Of a stretch of DNA of 64,000 nt, positions 1 to 11,160 are shown piece by piece. The stretch spans positions 136,772,001 to 136,836,000 of the forward strand of contig OZ024743.1 in assembly GCA_964016885.1 (NCBI GenBank), written 5' to 3'. A model generated the notes under the pieces. The model was not told where the DNA came from and did not search any database. It saw only the letters and a program-made list of their open reading frames with translations. Within the stretch, counting starts at the first letter, position 1. Each line of letters begins with the position of its first letter. Source of the DNA: Eledone cirrhosa (lineage: Eukaryota). The position numbers were made by a program, and so were the translations under genes.

Positions 1-949
1 GTTTGGTGCTAGGTGCTTGGGGTTTGGTCTTTGGTGCTTGGTGTTTGGTGTTTGGTGTTTGGTGCTTGGTGCTTGGTATTTGGTGTTTGCTGTTTGCTGT
101 TTGGTGTTTGTTGTTTGGTGTTTGTTGTTTGGTGTTTGCTGTTTAGTGTTTGGTGTTTGGTGTTTGCTGTTTGGTGTCTGCTTTTTGGTGTTTGGTGTTT
201 GCTGTATGTTGTTTGCTGCTTGGTGTTTGGTGTTTGGTGCTTGGTGTTTCGTGCTTGCTGCTTGGTGTTTGGTGCTTGGTGCATGGTGTTTGGTGCCTGG
301 TGCTTGGTGCTTGGTGTTTGGTGTTTGGTGCTTGGTGCTTGGTGCTTGGAGTTTGGTGTTTGGTGCTTGTTGCTTGGTGTTTTGTGTTTGGTTTTTGGTG
401 CTTGGTGCTTGGTGCTTGGTCCTTGGTGTTTGGTGCTGGGTGCTTTGTGTTTGGTGCTTGGTGCTTTGTGCTTGGTGTTTGGTGTTTGCTGCTTGGTGTT
501 TGGTGCTTGGTGCTTGATGCTTGGTGTTTTGTGTTTGGTGCTTGGTGCTTGGTGTTTGGTGCTTGGTGCTTGGTGCTAGGTGTTTGTACTTGGTGCTTGG
601 TGTTTGGTTCTTGGTTCTTGGTGTTTGGTACTTGGTGCTTGGTGCTTGGTGCTTGGTGTTTGTTGCTTGGTGTTTGGTGCTTGGTGCTTGGTGTTTGGTG
701 CTTGGTGTTTGGTGTTTGGTGCTTGGTGCTTGGTGTTTGGTGTTTGCTGTTTGCTGTTTGCTGTTTGCTGTTTGCTGTTTGGTGTTTGCTGTTTGCTGTT
801 TGGTGTCTGCTTTTTGGTGTTTGGTGTTTGCTGTATGGTGTTTGCTGTTTGGTGTTTGGTGCTTGCTGTTTGGTGTTTGGTCTTTGGTGCTTGGTGTTTG
901 TTTCTTGGTGCTTGGTGTTTGGTGTTTGGTGCTTGGTGCTTGGTGTTTG

Positions 950-3900
950 GTGTTTGGTGCTTGGTGCTTGGTGTTTGGTGTTTGGTGCTTGGTGTCAGGT
1001 GCTTGGTGTTTGGTGTTTGCTCTATGTTGTTTGCTGTTTGGTGTTTGGTGTTTGGTATTTGGTGTTTGGTGCTTGGTGCTTGGTGTTTGGTGCTTGGTGC
1101 TTGGTGTTTGGTGCCTGGTGCTTGGTGCTTGTTGTTTGGTGTTTGGTGCTTGGTGCTTGGTGCTTGGAGTTTGGTGTTTGGTGCTTGTTGCTTGGTGTTT
1201 TGTGTTTGGTGTTTGGTTTTTGGTGCTTGGTGCTTGGTGCTTGGTCCTTGGTGTTTGGTGCTGCGTGCTTTGTGTTTGGTGCTTGGTGCTTTGTGCTTGG
1301 TGTTTGGTGTTTGCTGCTTGGTGTTTGGTGCTTGGTGCTTCGTGCTTGGTGTTTTGTGTTTGGTGCTTGGTGCTTGGTGTTTGGTGCTTGGTGCTTGGTG
1401 CTTGGTGCTTGGTGTTTGTACTTGGTGCTTGGTGCTTGGTGTTTGGTTCTTGGTTATTGGTGTTTGGTACTTGGTGCTTGGTGCTTGGTGCTTGGTGTTT
1501 GGTGCTTGGTGTTTGGTGCTTGGTGCTTGGTGTTTGGTGCTTGGTGTTTGGTGCTTGGTGCTTGGTGTTTGGTGTTTGGTGTTTGGTGTTTGCTGTTTGC
1601 TGTTAGGTGTTTGGTGTTTGCTGTTTGCTGTTTGGTGTCTGCTTTTTGGTGTTTGGTGTTTGCTGTATGGTGTTTGCTGTTTGGTGTTTGGTGTTTGCTG
1701 TTTGGTGTTTGGTCTTTGGTGCTTGGTGTTTGGTGCTTGGTGCTTGGTGTTTGGTGTTTGGTGCTTGGTGCTTGGTGTTTGGTGTTTGGTGCTTGGTGCT
1801 TGGTGTCTGGTGCTTGGTGCTTGGTGCTTGATGTTTGGTGTTTGGTGTTTGGTGCTTGGTGCTTGGTGCTTGGTGTTTGGTGCTTGGTGTTTGGCGTTTG
1901 GTGCTTGTTGCTTGGTGCTTGGTGTTTGGTGCTTGGTGCTTGGTGCTGGGTGCTGGGTGCTTGGTCTTTGGTGCTTGGTGTTTGGTGTTTGGTGCTTGGT
2001 GCTTGGTGCTTGGTGTTTGGTGCTTGGTGATTAGTGTTTGGTGCTTGGTGCTTGGGGTTTGGTGCTTGGTGTTTGGTGTTTGCTGTTTGGTGTTTGGTGT
2101 TTGGTGTTTGGTGTTTGCTGTTTGGTGTCTGCTTTTTGGTGTTTGGTGTTTGCTGTATGGTGTTTGCTGTTTCGTGTTTGGTGTTTGCTGTTTGCTGTTT
2201 GGTGTTTGGTGTTTGCTGTTTGGTCTTTGGTCTTTGGTGCTTGGTGTTTGGTGCTTGGTGTTTGGTGTTTGGTGCTTGGTGTTTGGTTTTTGGTGCTTGG
2301 TGCTTGGTGCTTGGTGTTTGGTGTTTGGTGCTTGGTGCTTGGTGCTTGGTGTTTGGTGCTTGGTGCTTGGTGTTTGGTGCTGGGTGCTTGGTGTTTGGTG
2401 TTGGTGCTTGGTGCTTGGTGTTTGGTGCTGGGTGCTTGGTGTTTGGTGTTCGGTGTTATATGCTTGGTGTTTGATGCTTGGTGCTTGGTGCTTGTTGTTT
2501 GGTGTTTGGTGCTTGGTGTTTGATGCTTGGTGTTTCATGCTTGGGGCTTGGTGCTTGGTGTTTGGTGCTTGGTGCTTGGTGTTTGTACTTGGTGCTTGGT
2601 TCTTTGTGTTTGGTGCTTGGTGCTTGGTGCTTGTTGCTTTGTGTTTGGTGCTTGGTGTTTGGTGCTTGGTGTTTGGTGCTTGGTGCCTGGTGCTTGGTGC
2701 TTGGTGCTTGGTGTTTGGTGCTTGGTGTTTGGTGCTTGGTGTTAGGTGTTTGGTGCTTGGTGCTTGGTGTTTGGTGTTTGGTGCTTGGTGTTTGGTGCTT
2801 GGTGCTTGGTGTTTGGTGTTTGGTGCTTGGTGTTTGGTGCTTGGTACTTGGTGCTTGGTGTTAGGTGTTTGGTGCTTGGTGCTTGGTGTTTGGTTTTTGG
2901 TGCTTGGTGCTTGGTGTTTGGTGTTTGGTGCTTGCTGCTGGCTGCTTGGTGCTTGGTGATTGGTGCTTGGTGTTTGGTGCTTGGTGTTTGGTGTTTGGTG
3001 TTTGGTGCTTGGTGCTTGGTGTTTGGTGCTTGGTGCTGGGTGGTTGGTGTTTGGTGCTTGGTGTTTGGTGCTGGGTGCTTGGTGTTTGGTGCTTGGTGCT
3101 TGGTCTTTGGTGCTTGGTGTTTGGTGTTTGGTGCTTGCTGCTTGGTGTTTGGTTCTTGGTGCTTGGTGTTTGGTGCTTGGTGCTTAGTGTTTGGTGCTAG
3201 GTGCTTGGGGTTTGGTGTTTGGTGCTTGGTGTTTGGTGCTTGGTGCTTGGTATTTGGTGTTTGCTGTTTACTGTTTGGTGTTTGTTGTTTGGTGTTTGTT
3301 GTTTGGTGTTTGTTGTTTGGTGTTTGTTGTTTGGTGTTTGCTGTTTGGTGTTTGGTGTTTGTTGTTTGGTGTTTGCTGTTTGGTGTCTGCTTTTTGGTGT
3401 TTGGTGTTTGCTGTATGTTGTTTGCTGTTTGGTGTTTGGTGTTTGGTATTTGGTGTTTGGTGCTTGGTGCTTGGTGTTTGGTGCTTGGTGCTTGGTGTTT
3501 GGTGCCTGGTGCTTGGTGCTTGGTGCTTGGTGTTTGGTGTTTGGTGCTTGGTGCTTGGTGCTTGGAGTTTGGTGTTTGGTGCTTGTTGCTTGGTGTTTTG
3601 TGTTTGGTGTTTGGTTTTTGGTGCTTGGTGCTTGGTGCTTGGTCCTTGGTGTTTGGTGCTGGGTGCTTTGTGTTTGGTGCTTGGTGCTTCGTGCTTGGTG
3701 TTTGGTGTTTGCTGCTTGGTGTTTGGTGTTTGGTGCTTGGTGCTTGGTGTTTTGTGTTTGGTGCTTGGTGCTTGGTGTTTGTACTTGGTGCTTGGTGCTT
3801 GGTGTTTGGTGCTTGGTGCTTGGTGTTTGTACTTGGTGCTTGCTGCTTGGTGCTTGGTGTTTGGTGCTTGGTGTTTGGTGCTTGGTGCTTGGTGTTTGGT

Positions 3901-6900
3901 GCTTGGTGTTTGGTGTTTGGTGCTTGGTGTTTGGTGTTTGGTGTTTGGTGTTTGCTGTTTGCTGTTTGGTGTCTGCTTTTTGGTGTTTGGTGTTTGCTGT
4001 ATGGTGTTTGCTGTTTCGTGTTTGGTGTTTGCTGTTTGGTGTTTGGTCTTTGGTGCTTGGTGTTTGGTGCTTGGTGTTTGGTGTTTGGTGTTTGGTGCTT
4101 GGTGCTTGGTGTTTGGTGTTTGGTGCTTGGTGCTTGGTGCTTGGTGTTTGGTGTTTGGTGCTTGGTGTCTGGTGCTTGGTGTTTGGTGCTTGGTGTTTGG
4201 TGTCTGGTGTTTGGTGCTTGGTGCTTGGTGTTTGGTGTTTGGTGCTCGGTGTTTCGTGTTTGGTGTTTGGTGCTTGTTGCTTGGTGCTTGGTGTTTGGTG
4301 CTTGGTGCTTGGTGTTTGGTGTTATATGCTTGGTGTTTGATGCTTGGTGCTTGGTGTTTGGTGTTTGATGCTTGGTGCTTGATGCTTGGTGCTTGGTGCT
4401 TGGTGTTTGGTGCTTGGTGCTTGGTGTTTGTACTTGTTGCTTGGTGCTTGATGCTTGGTGATTGGTGTTTGGTGCTTGGTTCTTGGTGTTTGGTGCTTGG
4501 TGTTTGGTGCTTGGTGCTTGGTGTTTGGTGCTTGGTGCTTGGTGTTTGGTGTTTGGTGCTTGGTGCTTGGTTCTTGGTGTTTGGTGCTTGGTGCTTGGTG
4601 CTTGGTGTTTGGTGCTTGGTGCTTGGTGTTTGGTGCTTGGTGTTTGGTGCTTGGTGTTTGGTGCTTGGTGCTTGGTGCTTGGTGCATGGTGCTTGGTGTT
4701 TGGTGCTTGGTGTTTGGTGCTTGGTGTTAGGTGTTTGGTGCTTAGTGCTTGGTGTTTGGTGTTTGGTGCTTCGTGTTTGGTGCTTGGTGCTTGGTGTTTG
4801 GTGTTTGGTGCTTGGTGTTTGGTGCTTGCTACGTGGTGCTTGGTGCTTGGTGTTAGGTGTTTGGTGCTTGGTGTGTGGTGGTTGGTTTTTGGTGCTTGGT
4901 GCTTGGTGTTTGGTGTTTGGTGCTTGCTGCTGGCTGCTTGGTGTTTGGTGCTTGGTGATTGGTGCTTGGTGTTTGGTGCTTGGTGTTTGGTGTTTGGTGC
5001 TAGGTGCTTGGTGCTTGGTGTTTGGTGCTTGGTGCTTGGTGCTTGGTGTTTGGTGTTTGGTGCTTGGTGTCAGGTGCTTGGTGTTTGGTGTTTGCTCTAT
5101 GTTGTTTGCTGTTTGGTGTTTGGTGTTTGGTATTTGGTGTTTGGTGCTTGGTGCTTGGTGTTTGGTGCTTGGTGCTTGGTGTTTGGTGCCTGGTGCTTGG
5201 TGCTTGTTGTTTGGTGTTTGGTGCTTGGTGCTTGGTGCTTGGAGTTTGGTGTTTGGTGCTTGTTGCTTGGTGTTTTGTGTTTGGTGTTTGGTTTTTGGTG
5301 CTTGGTGCTTGGTGCTTGGTCCTTGGTGTTTGGTGCTGCGTGCTTTGTGTTTGGTGCTTGGTGCTTTGTGCTTGGTGTTTGGTGTTTGCTGCTTGGTGTT
5401 TGGTGCTTGGTGCTTCGTGCTTGGTGTTTTGTGTTTGGTGCTTGGTGCTTGGTGTTTGGTGCTTGGTGCTTGGTGCTTGGTGCTTGGTGTTTGTACTTGG
5501 TGCTTGGTGCTTGGTGTTTGGTTCTTGGTTATTGGTGTTTGGTACTTGGTGCTTGGTGCTTGGTGCTTGGTGTTTGGTGCTTGGTGTTTGGTGCTTGGTG
5601 CTTGGTGTTTGGTGCTTGGTGTTTGGTGCTTGGTGCTTGGTGTTTGGTGTTTGGTGTTTGGTGTTTGCTGTTTGCTGTTAGGTGTTTGGTGTTTGCTGTT
5701 TGCTGTTTGGTGTCTGCTTTTTGGTGTTTGGTGTTTGCTGTATGGTGTTTGCTGTTTGGTGTTTGGTGTTTGCTGTTTGTTGTTTGGTCTTTGGTGCTTG
5801 GTGTTTGGTGCTTGGTGCTTGGTGTTTGGTGTTTGGTGCTTGGTGCTTGGTGTTTGGTGTTTGGTGCTTGGTGCTTGGTGTCTGGTGCTTGGTGCTTGGT
5901 GCTTGATGTTTGGTGTTTGGTGTTTGGTGCTTGGTGCTTGGTGCTTGGTGTTTGGTGCTTGGTGTTTGGCGTTTGGTGCTTGTTGCTTGGTGCTTGGTGT
6001 TTGGTGCTTGGTGCTTGGTGCTGGGTGCTGGGTGCTTGGTCTTTGGTGCTTGGTGTTTGGTGTTTGGTGCTTGGTGCTTGGTGCTTGGTGTTTGGTGCTT
6101 GGTGATTAGTGTTTGGTGCTTGGTGCTTGGGGTTTGGTGTTTGGTGCTTGGTGCTTGGTGTTTGGTGCTTGGTACTTGGTGTTTGGTGCTTGGTGTTTGG
6201 TGTTTGCTGTTTGGTGTTTGGTGTTTGGTGTTTGGTGTTTGCTGTTTGGTGTCTGCTTTTTGGTGTTTGGTGTTTGCTGTATGGTGTTTGCTGTTTCGTG
6301 TTTGGTGTTTGCTGTTTGCTGTTTGGTGTTTGGTGTTTGCTGTTTGGTCTTTGGTCTTTGGTGCTTGGTGTTTGGTGCTTGGTGTTTGGTGTTTGGTGCT
6401 TGGTGTTTGGTTTTTGGTGCTTGGTGCTTGGTGCTTGGTGTTTGGTGTTTGGTGCTTGGTGCTTGGTGCTTGGTGTTTGGTGCTTGGTGCTTGGTGTTTG
6501 GTGCTGGGTGCTTGGTGTTTGGTGTTGGTGCTTGGTGCTTGGTGTTTGGTGCTGGGTGCTTGGTGTTTGGTGTTCGGTGTTATATGCTTGGTGTTTGATG
6601 CTTGGTGCTTGGTGCTTGTTGTTTGGTGTTTGGTGCTTGGTGTTTGATGCTTGGTGTTTCATGCTTGGGGCTTGGTGCTTGGTGTTTGGTGCTTGGTGCT
6701 TGGTGTTTGTACTTGGTGCTTGGTTCTTTGTGTTTGGTGCTTGGTGCTTGGTGCTTGTTGCTTTGTGTTTGGTGCTTGGTGTTTGGTGCTTGGTGTTTGG
6801 TGCTTGGTGCCTGGTGCTTGGTGCTTGGTGCTTGGTGTTTGGTGCTTGGTGTTTGGTGCTTGGTGTTAGGTGTTTGGTGCTTGGTGCTTGGTGTTTGGTG

Positions 6901-9040
6901 TTTGGTGCTTGGTGTTTGGTGCTTGGTGCTTGGTGTTTGGTGTTTGGTGCTTGGTGTTTGGTGCTTGGTACTTGGTGCTTGGTGTTAGGTGTTTGGTGCT
7001 TGGTGCTTGGTGTTTGGTGTTTGGTGCTTGGTGTTTGGTGCTTGGTACTTGGTGCTTGGTGCTTGGTGTTAGGTGTTTGGTGCTTGGTGTTTGGTTTTTG
7101 GTGCTTGGTGCTTGGTGTTTGGTGTTTGGTGCTTGCTGCTGGCTGCTTGGTGCTTGGTGATTGGTGCTTGGTGTTTGGTGCTTGGTGTTTGGTGTTTGGT
7201 GTTTGGTGCTTGGTGCTTGGTGTTTGGTGCTTGGTGCTGGGTGGTTGGTGTTTGGTGCTTGGTGTTTGGTGCTGGGTGCTTGGTGTTTGGTGCTTGGTGC
7301 TTGGTCTTTGGTGCTTGGTGTTTGGTGTTTGGTGCTTGCTGCTTGGTGTTTGGTTCTTGGTGCTTGGTGTTTGGTGCTTGGTGCTTAGTGTTTGGTGCTA
7401 GGTGCTTGGGGTTTGGTGTTTGGTGCTTGGTGTTTGGTGCTTGGTGCTTGGTATTTGGTGTTTGCTGTTTACTGTTTGGTGTTTGTTGTTTGGTGTTTGT
7501 TGTTTGGTGTTTGTTGTTTGGTGTTTGTTGTTTGGTGTTTGCTGTTTGGTGTTTGGTGTTTGTTGTTTGGTGTTTGCTGTTTGGTGTCTGCTTTTTGGTG
7601 TTTGGTGTTTGGTATTTGGTGTTTGGTGCTTGGTGCTTGGTGTTTGGTGCTTGGTGCTTGGTGTTTGGTGCCTGGTGCTTGGTGCTTGGTGCTTGGTGTT
7701 TGGTGTTTGGTGCTTGGTGCTTGGTGCTTGGAGTTTGGTGTTTGGTGCTTGTTGCTTGGTGTTTTGTGTTTGGTGTTTGGTTTTTGGTGCTTGGTGCTTG
7801 GTGCTTGGTCCTTGGTGTTTGGTGCTGGGTGCTTTGTGTTTGGTGCTTGGTGCTTCGTGCTTGGTGTTTGGTGTTTGCTGCTTGGTGTTTGGTGTTTGGT
7901 GCTTGGTGCTTGGTGTTTTGCGTTTGGTGCTTGGTGCTTGGTGTTTGTACTTGGTGCTTGGTGCTTGGTGTTTGGTGCTTGGTGCTTGGTGTTTGTACTT
8001 GGTGCTTGCTGCTTGGTGCTTGGTGTTTGGTGCTTGGTGTTTGGTGCTTGGTGCTTGGTGTTTGGTGCTTGGTGTTTGGTGTTTGGTGCTTGGTGTTTGG
8101 TGTTTGGTGTTTGGTGTTTGCTGTTTGCTGTTTGGTGTCTGCTTTTTGGTGTTTGGTGTTTGCTGTATGGTGTTTGCTGTTTCGTGTTTGGTGTTTGCTG
8201 TTTGGTGTTTGGTCTTTGGTGCTTGGTGTTTGGTGCTTGGTGTTTGGTGTTTGGTGTTTGGTGCTTGGTGCTTGGTGTTTGGTGTTTGGTGCTTGGTGCT
8301 TGGTGCTTGGTGTTTGGTGTTTGGTGCTTGGTGTCTGGTGCTTGGTGTTTGGTGCTTGGTGTTTGGTGTCTGGTGTTTGGTGCTTGGTGCTTGGTGTTTG
8401 GTGTTTGGTGCTTGGTGTTTCGTGTTTGGTGTTTGGTGCTTGTTGCTTGGTGCTTGGTGTTTGGTGCTTGGTGCTTGGTGTTTGGTGTTATATGCTTGGT
8501 GTTTGATGCTTGGTGCTTGGTGTTTGGTGTTTGATGCTTGGTGCTTGATGCTTGGTGCTTGGTGCTTGGTGTTTGGTGCTTGGTGCTTGGTGTTTGTACT
8601 TGTTGCTTGGTGCTTGATGCTTGGTGATTGGTGTTTGGTGCTTGGTTCTTGGTGTTTGGTGCTTGGTGTTTGGTGCTTGGTGCTTGGTGTTTGGTGCTTG
8701 GTGCTTGGTGTTTGGTGTTTGGTGCTTGGTGCTTGGTTCTTGGTGTTTGGTGCTTGGTGCTTGGTGCTTGGTGTTTGGTGCTTGGTGCTTGGTGTTTGGT
8801 GCTTGGTGTTTGGTGCTTCGTGTTTGGTGCTTGGTGCTTGGTGCTTGGTGCATGGTGCTTGGTGTTTGGTGCTTGGTGTTTGGTGCTTGGTGTTAGGTGT
8901 TTGGTGCTTAGTGCTTGGTGTTTGGTGTTTGGTGCTTCGTGTTTGGTGCTTGGTGCTTGGTGTTTGGTGTTTGGTGCTTGGTGTTTGGTGCTTGCTACGT
9001 GGTGCTTGGTGCTTGGTGTTAGGTGTTTGGTGCTTGGTGT
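950..9040 (+). repeat. ~4.1-4.2 kb tandem higher-order duplication (copy A ~950-4870, copy B ~5025-9040)
   Basis: Rare GGTGTCAGG marker at C996 and C5071 (offset 4075). Matched ORF pairs: 1607/5682 (4075), 2478/6602 (4124), 2960/7161 (4201), 4322/8488 (4166). Confidence 0.92.
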
Positions 9041-9049
9041 GTGGTGTTT

Positions 9050-11160
9050 GGTGTTTGGTGCTTGGTGCTTGGTGTTTGGTGTTTGGTGCTTTGTGCTTGG
9101 TGTTTGGTGCTTGGTGCTGGGTGGTTGGTGTTTGCTGCTTGGTGTTTGGTGCTGGGTGCTTGGTGTTTGGTGCTTGGTGCTTGGTCTTTGGTGCTTGGTG
9201 TTTGGTGTTTGGTGCTTGGTGCTTGGTGCTTGGTGTTTGGTGCTTGGTGCTTGGTGTTTGGTGCTTGGTGCTTAGTGTTTGGTGCTAGGTGCTTGGGGTT
9301 TGGTGTTTGGTGCTTGGTGCTTGGTGCTTGGTGTTTGGTGCTTGGTGCTTGGTGCTTGGTCTTTGGTGTTTGTTGTTTAGTGCTTGGTGCTTGGTGCTTG
9401 GTGTTTGGTGCTTGGTGCTTGGTGCATTGTGATTAGTGTTTGGTGCTTGGTGCTTGGGGTTTGGTGTTTGGTGCTTGGTAATTGGTGTTTGGTGCTTGGT
9501 GTTTGCTGTTTGCTGTTTGGTGTTTTTGGTGTTTGCTCTTTGCTGTTTGGTGTCTGCTTTTTGGTGTTTTGTGTTTGCTGTTTGGTGTTTGGTGTTTGGT
9601 CTTTGGTGCTTGGTCTTTGGTGCTTGGTGTTTGGTGCTTGGTGCTTGGTGTTTGGTGTTTGGTGCTTGGTGCCTGGTGCTTGTTGTTTGGTGATTGGTGC
9701 TTGGTGTTTACTGTTTGGTGTTTGGTGTTTGGTGTTTGCTGTTTGGTGTTTGGTGCTTGGTGCTTGGTGTTTGGTGTTTGGTGCTTGGTGTTTGGTGTTT
9801 GGTGTTTGGTGCTTGTTGCTTGGTGCTTGGTGTTTGGTGCTTGGTGCTTGGTGTTTGGTGTTATATGCTTGGTGTTTGATGCTTGGTGCTTGGTGTTTGG
9901 TGTTTGATGCTTGGTGCTTGATGCTTGGTGCTTGGTGCTTGGTGTTTGGTGCTTGGTGCTTGGTGTTTGTACTTGTTGCTTGGTGCTTGATGCTTGGTGA
10001 TTGGTGTTTGGTGCTTGGTTCTTGGTGTTTGGTGCTTGGTGTTTGGTGCTTGGTGCTTGGTGTTTGGTGCTTGGTGCTTGGTGTTTGGTGTTTGGTGCTT
10101 GGTGCTTGGTTCTTGGTGTTTGGTGCTTGGTGCTTGGTGCTTGGTGTTTGGTGCTTGGTGCTTGGTGCTTGGTGCATGGTGCTTGGTGTTTGGTGCTTGG
10201 TGTTTGGTGCTTGGTGTTAGGTGTTTGGTGCTTAGTGCTTGGTGTTTGGTGTTTGGTGCTTGGTGTTTGGTGCTTGGTGCTTGGTGTTTGGTGTTTGGTG
10301 CTTGGTGTTTGGTGCTTGCTACGTGGTGCTTGGTGCTTGGTGTTAGGTGTTTGGTGCTTGGTGTGTGGTGTTTGGTTTTTGGTGCTTGGTGCTTGGTGTT
10401 TGGTGTTTGGTGCTTGCTGCTGGCTGCTTGGTGTTTGGTGCTTGGTGATTGGTGCTTGGTGTTTGGTGCTTGGTGTTTGGTGTTTGGTGCTAGGTGCTTG
10501 GTGCTTGGTGTTTGGTGCTTGGTGCTTGGTGTTTGGTGTTTGGTGCTTTGTGCTTGGTGTTTGGTGCTTGGTGCTGGGTGGTTGGTGTTTGGTGCTTGGT
10601 GTTTGGTGCTGGGTGCTTGGTGTTTGGTGCTTGGTGCTTGGTCTTTGTGGCTTGGTGTTTGGTGTTTGGTGCTTGGTGCTTGGTGCTTGGTGTTTGGTGC
10701 TTGGTGCTTGGTGTTTGGTGCTTGGTGCTTAGTGTTTGGTGCTAGGTGCTTGGGGTTTGGTGTTTGGAGCTTGGTGCTTGGTGCTTGGTGTTTGGTGCTT
10801 GGTGCTTGGTGCTTGGTCTTTGGTGTTTGGTGTTTAGTGCTTGGTGCTTGGTGCTTGGTGTTTGGTGCTTGGTGCTTGGTGCATTGTGATTAGTGTTTGG
10901 TGCTTGGTGCTTGGGGTTTGGTGTTTGGTGCTTGGTAATTGGTGTTTGGTGCTTGGTGTTTGCTGTTTGCTGTTTGGTGTTTTTGGTGTTTGCTCTTTGC
11001 TGTTTGGTGTCTGCTTTTTGGTGTTTGGTGTTTGCTGTTTGGTGTTTGGTGTTTGGTGTTTGGTGTTTGGTGCTTGGTCTTTGGTGCTTGGTGTTTGGTG
11101 CTTGGTGCTTGGTTGCTTGGTGTTTGGTGCTTGGTGCCTGGTGCTTGTTGTTTGGTGATT
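9050..11160 (+). repeat. Local duplication with 1457-bp offset (~9050-9700 vs ~10500-11160)
   Basis: GCATTGTGATTAG, GGTAATTGG (~9477, ~10934) and the GGTGTTTTTGG +2 unit recur in the same order. ORF pair 9436/10893. Confidence 0.8.

Noticed and set aside
3030-3050. GCTGGGTGGTTGG resembling the E. coli Chi site GCTGGTGG or a G4 aptamer
   Set aside because: It is not an exact match. It is explained by two adjacent single-base variant units (GGTGCTG, GGTGGTT) propagated by duplication.
3191-6109. Long + strand ORFs (up to 972 aa) of LVLGAWC/LVFGVWC repeats as membrane or Cys-rich proteins
   Set aside because: All three frames are open at once with the same 7-aa pattern, because an A-poor 7-bp repeat rarely forms stop codons. 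There are no unique domains, and 1-bp shifts move between equivalent frames.
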